Shown piece after piece: positions 16,781 through 25,640 of a stretch of DNA of 42,865 bases. The notes under the pieces are model-generated. The model made no database searches. It saw only the letters and a list, made by a program, of their open reading frames with translations, and had not been told where the DNA came from. The position numbers were made by a program, and so were the translations under genes. Positions within the stretch are counted from its first letter, which is position 1. Each line of letters begins with the position of its first letter. Origin of the DNA: Marivivens sp. (GTDB taxonomy: Bacteria; Pseudomonadota; Alphaproteobacteria; Rhodobacterales; Rhodobacteraceae); the NCBI GenBank assembly GCA_024642185.1, contig JAHEBR010000001.1:1-42865 (forward strand), written 5' to 3'.

Positions 16781-18478
16781 CTAACGCACCAGATAGGGTC
16801 GGCGCGCTTTCGGGCGCGCGTTTTGTGGGGCGGGATCGACCGGGAAATCACCCATAAGATACGGATGCATCCCCTGGTTCTTGAGGTTTTGCAGGAACTG
16901 TCCAAAACCGCTCAGATCGATGATGCGGGGCGCCTCTGCAAGCCGCCGGCCACCAGCGACCGAGATCTCGTCGATCACGGTTTGCAGGGCCTCCATCGGT
17001 GACTCGATGAACTCTGCAAGCGACCAAATGCGGATCTTTGCCTTGGCGTGTATCGACCGAAGATGATCGAGATGATCGCTTTCGATCTTCTGCAGGCGGG
17101 CCGCTTCAAGGCGCAGGTCTACGAAATTGCGGTTCGACTGAAAAAGTGGGATCGCCCAAGCGCCGGTTATGACAGATATCTGAGCATTCGGATCATAGGC
17201 GATATCGGATCCAACCGCCTGATTGTCGGCCGGGCCAAACTGGAAACACTGCCGCTCGCCGCGCGTATTCCAGATAAGGCTCGTCAGAAAGGCTTTGGGG
17301 TTATAATCGCGCAGGGTGCTACTGTCCGACAAGGCACCGGCGAAAGTGGTCTGGCGCCCATCAAACTCGACCCGGTCAGGCGCATAAAGATGACCGTGAA
17401 CCCTTGTCCCTGTCGCACGGGCGAGCCAAGGTTCGAAATTTTCGAATAGTTCTGAGAAGCCTTCAAACACAGAGTATGGCGCAGCGGTCACACCATTTTC
17501 CCAGCCCCAGTTGGGAAACCGCCCCTGCATAAAAAGGCCCGAACGGCCGCGAATTCGCCGATCGACGGCTCGGGAAAAGATCCTGTCAATCTTGCCGGGG
17601 TTTGGCTCTGACGCTTTCATTGCGGCGGCGTTGTCGCCCAGAAAGGTCTCATAGAGCTTGTCGGCCCGTGGCCAGATCTTGCGGGCAACAAAGCAATCGG
17701 ATCGCCGCAAAAGCTGCAGGTGGTCCTCGTAAAAGATGTGTGGCTTACCCTGAAAATCGAACTTTGAAAGTGTAAGCGACCGGCTTTCGATATGCGTCGA
17801 ATACAGGCGGGCGAGCGTTTGATAATAGCTCTCGTCCGGAATCCAGACCTTGCTGAAATAGCGGTCATAAGTCTCGCGTTCCGGATCCTGCAGGATCGCA
17901 GAAAGCGTCTGTCGCGTGAGGCACCACCACTGCGATCCCATATGCGGCACAAGCCCGGCGGGGATCTTGCGCCGAACGCCGAGCCGGCGTTGAAGGGCCA
18001 CGTATTTGTCAAAGAGGTATCTCTGTCGCTTCCATGAGAAGGGGAACCGGAGGGTGAACCTCTCCTCATCAAGGCCGCCGATCGTCCAAGGTACATCGGC
18101 CGTCGTCGCGCTTTCGATGAAATCCGTGCGCGGGCGCTTGGCAAGATAACTCACAAGCTCGCTCACGGGCCTCAGGGGAAGACAAGAGCCAGAAGCTAGA
18201 TAGACATGGCGAACTTCGGGATAGGTCTCGAGCATCAGCTGCGAGGCATCCTGAGACGCGGCAACGAGCCCCCAAGTCCCCCATTCACAGCGATGCCGTT
18301 TGGAAAACCGAACGTTCGAAAGGCCATCGAACCGCGAAACGAATGCATCATGTCTCTCGTCGTCAACATTCTTGTCGACGTGAACAACGACCGGGCACCC
18401 TCCGGCGATCCAGTGACGTATTACCTGCTCGGCACGTTCGAGCGAGGTATGAACAAGCATGACGATCCCGACAGTCAT
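16781..18478 (-). CDS. GT14 / Core-2-I-branching-enzyme-like glycosyltransferase with long uncharacterised C-terminal extension
   Basis: The N-terminal ~275 aa matches the Branch-family pattern (IVMLVHT..., HVDKN, CEWGTWGLV, GSQWWCLTR). The remaining ~290 aa has no motif I recognise. Its start has an ATGA overlap with the upstream GT. Confidence 0.6.
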   Translation of the reverse strand: MTVGIVMLVHTSLERAEQVIRHWIAGGCPVVVHVDKNVDDERHDAFVSRFDGLSNVRFSKRHRCEWGTWGLVAASQDASQLMLETYPEVRHVYLASGSCLPLRPVSELVSYLAKRPRTDFIESATTADVPWTIGGLDEERFTLRFPFSWKRQRYLFDKYVALQRRLGVRRKIPAGLVPHMGSQWWCLTRQTLSAILQDPERETYDRYFSKVWIPDESYYQTLARLYSTHIESRSLTLSKFDFQGKPHIFYEDHLQLLRRSDCFVARKIWPRADKLYETFLGDNAAAMKASEPNPGKIDRIFSRAVDRRIRGRSGLFMQGRFPNWGWENGVTAAPYSVFEGFSELFENFEPWLARATGTRVHGHLYAPDRVEFDGRQTTFAGALSDSSTLRDYNPKAFLTSLIWNTRGERQCFQFGPADNQAVGSDIAYDPNAQISVITGAWAIPLFQSNRNFVDLRLEAARLQKIESDHLDHLRSIHAKAKIRIWSLAEFIESPMEALQTVIDEISVAGGRRLAEAPRIIDLSGFGQFLQNLKNQGMHPYLMGDFPVDPAPQNARPKARRPYLVR

Positions 18479-19485
18479 GCCCAGTTGCCTTTCGACATGA
18501 GGCCGAGAATTTCAAGCTGGCGCCAGTTGATGTATTTCTCCGACCACTTGCACCAAATCTCTTCGCGCCGCTCAAAGCCTTCGACATAGGCCTTGTATTC
18601 CTTGCTGTTCGCAAAATGCTGCTTTCGCTCCAGCTCCTCCCTCGCCTTCTCGGTTACGCTTTGGAGAAACTTGGCGTGCAAGAGCGCCCCGCTCACTTTC
18701 TCGCCGCCCCATTCGTCGTAAACAAGGTTAAGGCCGCGCGGCAGAAGCATATGCGTTGAGTGCACATAGGTGAACCGGCGATCCCACTTGACCAGTGGAA
18801 TCTTGTTGAGGGCCGGCGCGCGCTCCGGCTCGTCGCGGAAGAAAACCCGCGCCCGTGGACCGCCCTGTATCCAAAGATTCCCGAACTTGTGGTTTCTCGA
18901 GATCGTGTAGTTTCCGGAGTCAAACCACGGCGCCACCTCGAACGGATCCTGGCCCCGCTCATACTCTGCGCTTTCTATCGGCCCCTTGGGATACATATCG
19001 ATCAGCATCGTCCCGAACGAGCGGATCGATGAGGCGTCGAGCCAGTCGGTGAGCGCCTTGAGGGGGCGGGTATCGCAGAAGGGGTAGACGAGAAACTCGT
19101 CGGGATCGACGACCAGCGTCCAGTGACCGTGAGCGTATTTCCTCTGGAGCCAGGTGATCCAATCCATCCCGAACCGAGCTCGCTTGTAGCTCGCGCTCGT
19201 CCGCCAGAGTGAGACATCCGGCTGGCGGGCAAGGTATTCAGCGCCGCCATCGTCGCTATCATTGTCGACCAGCAGAAAATGCCGGACCCCAAGATCGCGG
19301 TAGTATTTCAGGAAATAGGGAAGGCGGATATCTTCGTTGCGGATCGTCGAAAACAACAAGATATCGTCTGGCTCGATCTGCTCGGTGCGATCCACGAACA
19401 GAGAAAGCTCTCTGCGCTTGCGAAGCGACCGAATCCGCCACCTCTTGCGTTGCAGTCTCAGTCGATATGACTGCCAGAAGCCCAA
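18475..19485 (-). CDS. Glycosyltransferase family 2-like protein (Glyco_tranf_2_4 / PF13704-like)
   Basis: The sequence ILLFSTIRNEDIRLPYFLKYYRDLGVRHFLLVDNDSDDG, followed by DPDEF (DxD-like), is typical of this family. 336 aa. Confidence 0.6.
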   Translation of the reverse strand: MGFWQSYRLRLQRKRWRIRSLRKRRELSLFVDRTEQIEPDDILLFSTIRNEDIRLPYFLKYYRDLGVRHFLLVDNDSDDGGAEYLARQPDVSLWRTSASYKRARFGMDWITWLQRKYAHGHWTLVVDPDEFLVYPFCDTRPLKALTDWLDASSIRSFGTMLIDMYPKGPIESAEYERGQDPFEVAPWFDSGNYTISRNHKFGNLWIQGGPRARVFFRDEPERAPALNKIPLVKWDRRFTYVHSTHMLLPRGLNLVYDEWGGEKVSGALLHAKFLQSVTEKAREELERKQHFANSKEYKAYVEGFERREEIWCKWSEKYINWRQLEILGLMSKGNWA

Positions 19486-19532
19486 ACTTGTTCCTGCTCG
19501 TTATTGTGGCTTTGCCAATGTGTTCGCCGGTA

Positions 19533-20690
19533 TCATGTCACAGTAAAGACGATCTTGAAATGCGCCTCCCAGCCCGGAGACTCAAATGCTTGTGAGTCAT
19601 GTTCCGGTGGCGATTGTTCATGGGCCTTTATTGCTTCAATCCAAGAATAGGGATCGGCAACATCAAGGTAAACCGCCCTGTTGCCCAAGATCTCGCGCAC
19701 GGAAGGAAGATCATTGGCAATGACCGGCACCCCAAGGGCGGCAGCCTCGACGGGCGGAAGGCCGAAACCCTCGGCGAGCGATGGAAAAAGGAGCGCCCTG
19801 GCGCCCGAAAGCAGAGCCGCGAGCGCCGCATCCGATAGGCCGGCAAGCTCGGTCACGTTTGCAGCACCGGCATCTAGCCGCCCAAAGACATCCTCACAGC
19901 CCCAACCGCGGCTGCCACATATGAAAAGCTGAGGCGCCTTGCTATCCATATCGCCCCAGAGATCGAGCAGAAAGCCGATGTTCTTGCGCGGTTCGATGGT
20001 TCCTATGGCGACGAAGTAGGGGCGGCTGGTGTTCAGGTCGGGAGGAAGGGCTGCAACATCGGGCGGCACAACCTCGGCGCCGATCGGAGCGGTCAAAATC
20101 GGCGGGACACGGCCAAACTTCCCAAGATGATATTCCACCCTTTCTCGAGCCGCTCCGGAGATGCAGACGACTTGATCCGCAAGGCGCGCCACACGGCGCA
20201 TACGCCGACCAAATTCTTTGGCCCGCCCCTTCTTTTGCAGCTGAGGAAAATCGAGCGGGATCATGTCATGCAATAGGATGGTCGCCGTGCCACCGTTGGT
20301 GGACTTCACCGCAAGAAGAACCCGCCGCGTCAGATTGCTGTGGCCGACGTTGAGATAGGCCAGACCGGCGGGAAAACGCCGCCGGAGCAGCCAGCCAAGC
20401 AACGATCGGGGGCATCTCGCGAAAGCAACCGCTCGAGCACGATCAATGCACTCCGCTTGCGAAGCTCCGCTCTCAACCGCTGCCAACAGGGCCGCTGCCC
20501 CCTGCGCATCGAGCAGAAGATAGCCAAGTCGCGTCCGTATCAAACCGTAGAAAGGCAAGCCAAGTGTCAGAAGCTCTCGCAGATAGGCCAGTTCGACACG
20601 ATCAATGCCCGATGGCACCCGACCCGCCCGCGCCACTGTGCGCGACAGATCGAGCAGCCGGACTTTGGAGCTATTTTTCGTAGTGCCCAC
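19533..20690 (-). CDS. Glycosyltransferase family 4 (GT-B, RfaB-like)
   Basis: The C-terminal EX7E region (FPSLAEGFGLPPVEAAALGVPVIAND) is present. The start is uncertain: the GTG at 20690 overlaps the galE end by 20 nt, while the listed ATGs at 20825 and 20801 would overlap galE by more than 130 nt. Confidence 0.7.
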   Translation of the reverse strand: MGTTKNSSKVRLLDLSRTVARAGRVPSGIDRVELAYLRELLTLGLPFYGLIRTRLGYLLLDAQGAAALLAAVESGASQAECIDRARAVAFARCPRSLLGWLLRRRFPAGLAYLNVGHSNLTRRVLLAVKSTNGGTATILLHDMIPLDFPQLQKKGRAKEFGRRMRRVARLADQVVCISGAARERVEYHLGKFGRVPPILTAPIGAEVVPPDVAALPPDLNTSRPYFVAIGTIEPRKNIGFLLDLWGDMDSKAPQLFICGSRGWGCEDVFGRLDAGAANVTELAGLSDAALAALLSGARALLFPSLAEGFGLPPVEAAALGVPVIANDLPSVREILGNRAVYLDVADPYSWIEAIKAHEQSPPEHDSQAFESPGWEAHFKIVFTVT

Positions 20691-21654
20691 TCTGATGCCA
20701 CCGCCATGCGTCGGAGACCATCGTAGCGAGATCGGATCTCCTCGGCGACCATCCAAGCTCTTCGACGGCGCGTGCGCTCCCTGAAACGAGCATCGCTGCA
20801 TCACCCGGTCTACGCGGCTTCTCAACCACTGGCACCGTAAGGTTCGTAACGGCGCCCGATTTGGCGATTACCTCGCGCACGGAAAAGCCTGTGCCCGTTC
20901 CGAGATTGAACACGCGGCTGCCTTTGCCTGCTTCGAGCCACTTCACGCCAAGTATATGCGCGTCGACCAGATCGGATACATGAACATAGTCGCGGATGCA
21001 GGTGCCATCGGGTGTGGGGTAATCCGTGCCAAATAGCGAGAGCGCCTCGCGCTGGCCGGAAATTACCTCGAGCAGTACCGGCACCAAATGGGTTTCGGGG
21101 CGGTGGCATTCGCCAATTTCGCCCTCTGGATCAGATCCGGCAACATTGAAATACCGAAAGATCACCGACCGAAGGCTGTGGCTCGCTCCGAAATTTGCAA
21201 GGATGTCCTCCACCGCCCGCTTTGACGCACCATAGGCATTGATCGGTTGCTGAACGGAATTTTCGTCAAGAACCACCCCGTCCTGATCACCATAGGTCGC
21301 ACAGGTGGACGAGAACACAAAATCGAGACAACCCGCCGCTACAGCGGCTTCGGCAAGGTTGAGCGAGCCAAGAACATTGTTCCGCCAATAAAGAGCGGGG
21401 TTCTCCATGCTTTCACCCACAAGGCTCAGCGCGGCAAAGTGCATGACAGCCGAGGGGCGGTATTTGCGGAAAACCTCGTCGAGACGGGCGCGATCCAAAA
21501 GATCACCCTTCTCAAAAGGCCCAAACCGCACAGCGTCTTGCCATCCGGTCACAAGACTATCGTAGGCTACGGGGGTGTAGCCCGCGGCTCGCAGCGCCTT
21601 GCAGGCATGCGAGCCGATATAGCCCGCGCCACCCGTGACCAGTATCGTTTTCAA
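20671..21654 (-). CDS. galE: UDP-glucose 4-epimerase
   Basis: The Rossmann motif ILVTGGAGYIGSH and catalytic YGASK are present. There is no ATG near the conserved N-terminus. The TTG at 21654 gives (M)KTILVTGGAGY and a typical 327 aa product. The rest of the listed ORF overlaps galU. Confidence 0.85.
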   Translation of the reverse strand: MKTILVTGGAGYIGSHACKALRAAGYTPVAYDSLVTGWQDAVRFGPFEKGDLLDRARLDEVFRKYRPSAVMHFAALSLVGESMENPALYWRNNVLGSLNLAEAAVAAGCLDFVFSSTCATYGDQDGVVLDENSVQQPINAYGASKRAVEDILANFGASHSLRSVIFRYFNVAGSDPEGEIGECHRPETHLVPVLLEVISGQREALSLFGTDYPTPDGTCIRDYVHVSDLVDAHILGVKWLEAGKGSRVFNLGTGTGFSVREVIAKSGAVTNLTVPVVEKPRRPGDAAMLVSGSARAVEELGWSPRRSDLATMVSDAWRWHQSGHYEK

Positions 21655-21677
21655 ATCAGTGCCTGTCTGGGGCAGCC

Positions 21678-22571
21678 CTACTGGGCCGCGTTGCGCATCG
21701 AAACCAGCTCGGTCAGATACTGCGAGAACTCCTCGCGCAGCTCTGGACGGGCCAAGCCAAAGGCCACGGTCGCCTGAAGAAACCCAGCCTTCGAACCACA
21801 ATCAAACCGCTGACCGCGGAATCGGTAGCCAAAGACATCGCGCCCCTGCTCCATCTCGGCCGCGATGGCGTCGGTCAGCTGAAGCTCGCCGGCGGCGCCG
21901 CGATTGATCTTGCCAAGGTTCTGCATGATTTTCGGAGAAAGGATATAGCGGCCGATTACGGCTAGGCTCGACGGAGCGGTTCCAGCGGCCGGCTTTTCGA
22001 CCATGCCAGAGACCTTCACGAGCGAGCCCATGTCTTCCTTCACATCGAGAATGCCGTATGCCGATGTCTGTTCTTTCGGAACCTCCATCGCCGCAACCAT
22101 AGAGCCGCCGGTTTCGGCATAGGCCTCGACCATTTGCTGAAGGCAGGGCTTTTCCGCGGCAATCACATCGTCCGGCAAAATGACCGCGAAAGGCTCGTTG
22201 CCGATCAGGCGCCGGGCGCACCAGACCGCATGGCCAAGGCCCAAAGGCTTGTGCTGGCGGATATAGGCGATCGCCCCGCTATCCATGTTGGTCGATTTCA
22301 GGATTTCGAGCAGTTCTTCCTTGCCGGCACGACGGAGCGAAGCCTCAAGTTCGGGCGCGGAATCGAAATAGTCTTCGAGAGCGGATTTTCCACGGGCAGT
22401 GACAAATATGAAATCCCGAATGCCCGCGGCACGGGCCTCGTCGATCGCATACTGGATCAGCGGCCGGTCAACGAGCGTCATGATTTCTTTGGGGATCGCC
22501 TTGGTCGCTGGCAAAAACCGTGTTCCAAGCCCTGCGACCGGGAAAATCGCTTTGGTGATCCGTTTGGACAT
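21678..22571 (-). CDS. galU: UTP--glucose-1-phosphate uridylyltransferase
   Basis: The [23 protein letters not shown] motif and VEKP motif are present. 297 aa. Confidence 0.9.
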   Translation of the reverse strand: [297 protein letters not shown]

Positions 22572-22621
22572 GACTTACCCTTCAACCTGCACCGGCATTA
22601 TGTGCACAGAAAATCCCGCGT

Positions 22622-22649
22622 TCTATAGCACCTAAACTATTGAATACAA
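22622..22649 (-). promoter_or_regulatory. Possible sigma70-type promoter for galU-galE-GT operon in an AT-rich spacer (TTGTAT-N16-TATAGA on minus strand)
   Basis: The 94-nt spacer at 22572-22665 is clearly AT-richer than its surroundings. The hexamers were read on the minus strand. An 8-bp palindrome TGTGCACA at 22601-22608 lies in the predicted 5'UTR. Confidence 0.3.
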
Positions 22650-22665
22650 ATAGGGCACAATAATG

Positions 22666-23916
22666 TCATATGAGGGTTTTTGTTCGCTTAAATCCGCTGT
22701 TTTCGTCTCGAAGCCGCTCCTCGCGCTTCACCCTTTCTGAGCGCTTCCAATATTTGAATATCGGGTCCGTACGAAGTGAGCGGCCAAAAAGCCCGCCCCG
22801 CTGCTCCCAGTAGCCCTTTGGATCAAAGTGGCGGCGATGATAGAGAGAGGTCAGGGAAAAGGCGTAGACCGTCGCCCGATGTCCGTCGGCGACCGCCTTC
22901 CTCGCCCTGCGCCGTAGCTGGCCCAGACGGCCCAGCCAGCCCCAGATCACCTCGTGCCCGGCCCCTGCTCCGATCCGTGGAATGAACCTGGCAAAGGTCG
23001 GGTTCTCCGAAAAATCTGGTTGTGGCCCCTCCAAAGCTGCGGACCCCACCCATCCCTGATCAAAGCTTCGCAGAACGGGCTCCACAGCCGTAGGCAGGAT
23101 CCGCCCCGCAACCATATGCCCCAACAGCGCAGCGCGGTATTTCCCGCGCTCTGAACGCCGTACTGGTTCGGGATCAAGCCCTTCCCGATGACGCCGCACA
23201 AACCGCGCCAAGCTTGCACCAACGGGGGCAAGATCTCGCGGCGCCCGGTCGGCTTGCCTTCGGTCGCTCATCGCAAAGCCGTGATGGACCCGCGCCCGCG
23301 GCACGATCGCCGTTCTGGTGCCTTGCTCGGCGAGCCGCATATTCAGATCCGTTTCATCGAGGTAATAGGCGTAGCCCGGATCAAACCCGCCCAGCTTGAT
23401 CAACAGGCTCCGCCGAAAAGCCATGTTTGTTCCTTCGGTTTTGATGCCCCTGCCCGCGCTGCCGGTCAGGATCGTCTCCTCGTTTGGATCAACGCTGATT
23501 TCTCGCGCAGTTGCATCGGCAAGGACTTCACGGGCGGTCCACTGGAATGAGAGTCCGTTGCGCCCAAAGACGAACCCACCCGCCGCATCCGCGCGCCCCT
23601 CGGTGATCGGCGCGGTCAGCCGACGGAGCCAGTCATGTTCGGCTACGGCATCGTCGTCGATGAACGAAACCACCGGCGCAGCCGCTGCAGAGATGCCCTT
23701 ATTCCTTGCAACCGAGATATTTGCCTCATCAAAGCGGATAACTTTGACCCTGCCCGCCCAACCCATATGCTCCACCGCCGCGACACCATCGGCATCAGCC
23801 ACGACAACGATCTCGAATTCGGGATGATCCTGCTGATCGAGGCCAACGAGACAGCGCCTGAGCAATGCGGGGCGGCCGCGGCTCACGATGACGACGCTGG
23901 CGGCCTCCGGCGTCAA
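22666..23916 (-). CDS. Glycosyltransferase family 2 with ~190-aa uncharacterised C-terminal region
   Basis: The GT-A start SVVIVSRGRPALLRRCL and the DxD-like sequences VVVADAD and IDDD are present. The proposed TTG start at 23916 overlaps the kdsB TGA (TTGA). The listed start at 24090 would overlap kdsB by 178 nt. Confidence 0.65.
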   Translation of the reverse strand: MTPEAASVVIVSRGRPALLRRCLVGLDQQDHPEFEIVVVADADGVAAVEHMGWAGRVKVIRFDEANISVARNKGISAAAAPVVSFIDDDAVAEHDWLRRLTAPITEGRADAAGGFVFGRNGLSFQWTAREVLADATAREISVDPNEETILTGSAGRGIKTEGTNMAFRRSLLIKLGGFDPGYAYYLDETDLNMRLAEQGTRTAIVPRARVHHGFAMSDRRQADRAPRDLAPVGASLARFVRRHREGLDPEPVRRSERGKYRAALLGHMVAGRILPTAVEPVLRSFDQGWVGSAALEGPQPDFSENPTFARFIPRIGAGAGHEVIWGWLGRLGQLRRRARKAVADGHRATVYAFSLTSLYHRRHFDPKGYWEQRGGLFGRSLRTDPIFKYWKRSERVKREERLRDENSGFKRTKTLI

Positions 23917-24713
23917 GACGCCCCCATCCGCGCGAGCATCGCCTCGATAACAGCAACATCCTCGGGGTTGTTCAGCTCCCAAAACTCGCGGCCCTTGGCC
24001 TCGACCTCGACACAGAGAACCGCGGCCCCCTGTTCGAGAAACCGCAGCTGCTCGAGCCCCTCGGCCCCCTCCAGCGGACCCATCGGCCACGAGGGATAGG
24101 CGGCCAGAGCCTCGGCGCGATAGGCATAGACGCCCACATGATGAAATACCGGCGTCGCCGCCGCATCAGGATAGGCGTTGCTGGTGTGCGGCACCACTTC
24201 CTTGGAGAAATAGAGCGCAATGGCATTGCGGTCGAACACCGCCGTCGTGCCACCGATCCGCCCCTCGCGCCGGTCGTTCACCAGCCGCGCCAGCGCCGCG
24301 CCTTCGGTGCGAAGCACGGGGGTTGCCACCTTGGCAGTGGGATGCCCCGCAAGGCCGCTCACGAGGTCTTCGATAAACCACGGCGGGGTGAGCGCCGCGT
24401 CGCCCTGAAGATTGACGATGATCTCATGGCCGCCGCCCAGCGCGGCATGGGCTTCGGCGCAGCGCTCGGTGCCGTTGCGCCAGGCCGACGAGGTCATCAC
24501 CACCTCGGCGCCGAAGCCAATGGCCTCTTGCCGGATTCGCTCGTCGTCGGTCGCCACGACCACACGGGTATCGCCGCCAACCTGCATCGCCGCATCCCAT
24601 GTCCGCCGGATCAGCGACTTAGCCTCGCCCTCCACCCCGCGAAGGCCGACGAGCGGCTTGCCCGGATAGCGGGTCGAGGCATAGCGGGCCGGAATGACGA
24701 TGAGCGCGGTCAT
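23913..24713 (-). CDS. kdsB: 3-deoxy-manno-octulosonate cytidylyltransferase (CMP-Kdo synthetase)
   Basis: MTALIVIPARYASTRYPGKPL is the typical KdsB N-terminus. The ATG at 24713 shares one nt with the cysQ stop (TGATG). 266 aa. Confidence 0.85.
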   Translation of the reverse strand: MTALIVIPARYASTRYPGKPLVGLRGVEGEAKSLIRRTWDAAMQVGGDTRVVVATDDERIRQEAIGFGAEVVMTSSAWRNGTERCAEAHAALGGGHEIIVNLQGDAALTPPWFIEDLVSGLAGHPTAKVATPVLRTEGAALARLVNDRREGRIGGTTAVFDRNAIALYFSKEVVPHTSNAYPDAAATPVFHHVGVYAYRAEALAAYPSWPMGPLEGAEGLEQLRFLEQGAAVLCVEVEAKGREFWELNNPEDVAVIEAMLARMGAS

Positions 24714-25510
24714 CAGGCTTTCTTCAATTCGACGCCCGGCGCATAGGCGATGAAAAACGGGTTGGCGAAGCCCTCTTTGCCATAGCGCAGCGGCTGGTGG
24801 GTATCGAAGTGCACCACGTCGCCGCCCGCGCCCACCAGAACGGCATGGCCGGCGGCCGTGTCCCACTCCATCGTCCGGCCTACGCGGGGATAAAGGTCGG
24901 CCTCGCCGGTCGCTACGAGGCAGAACTTGAGCGATGAACCGGCGCTCTTCATATCCTTAACCGCATATTTCGAGATATAGTCGTCGGTGGCCTGATCGCG
25001 GTGGGATTTCGAGGCAACAACCAAGAGCGCGGCATTGTTTGGCTTTGAAACGCGAATGCGGTTCTGCTGACCGGGTGTCTCCTTGTCGAACGGCCCATCT
25101 TCCTCGACGGCATTGCCGCCAGCATCGGTATAGAAAAGCCGCCCCTTGGCGGGCGCGTAGACAACACCGCGCACCGGCGAGCCATCAAATACCAACGCGA
25201 TGTTCACGGTGAAATCGCCGCGCCGCTGGACGAATTCCTTGGTTCCGTCAAGAGGATCAACGATGAGAAAGGTCTTGGCCTCGATATCATGCGAGGCGGC
25301 CTGCTCTTCGGTCACAAGTGGAAGCTCGGGGAATTCCGCGCGCAAACCCGCCGAAATGATCGCATCCGCCGCTTCGTCGGCTTCGGTCACCGGGCTCTGG
25401 TCGCTCTTGGAGCGAACCTCGAAATCTTCGGCGGCATAGATCTCCATGATCTTGTCGCCCGCTTCCAGCGCAAGCCGGCGCATCACAAGTGTAAGTTTTT
25501 GAAGGTCCAT
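24713..25510 (-). CDS. cysQ: 3'(2'),5'-bisphosphate nucleotidase (PAP phosphatase), inositol monophosphatase family
   Basis: The motifs IVDPLDGTKEF and EWDTAAGHAV are present. The start at 25510 (MDLQKLTLVMRRLA) gives 265 aa. The listed upstream extension is unsupported. Confidence 0.8.
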   Translation of the reverse strand: MDLQKLTLVMRRLALEAGDKIMEIYAAEDFEVRSKSDQSPVTEADEAADAIISAGLRAEFPELPLVTEEQAASHDIEAKTFLIVDPLDGTKEFVQRRGDFTVNIALVFDGSPVRGVVYAPAKGRLFYTDAGGNAVEEDGPFDKETPGQQNRIRVSKPNNAALLVVASKSHRDQATDDYISKYAVKDMKSAGSSLKFCLVATGEADLYPRVGRTMEWDTAAGHAVLVGAGGDVVHFDTHQPLRYGKEGFANPFFIAYAPGVELKKA

Positions 25511-25640
25511 GCGAAGGCTCCGTTGCGTCTTGCCGTCAGTGTTGAAATGAATGGGCCGCCTCCTTATGCTGGCGCGGAAGGCGAACGGCAAGAAATTCGT
25601 CATAAGGCACGGTCAGATCAGACCACGAGGGCAGCAGCCA

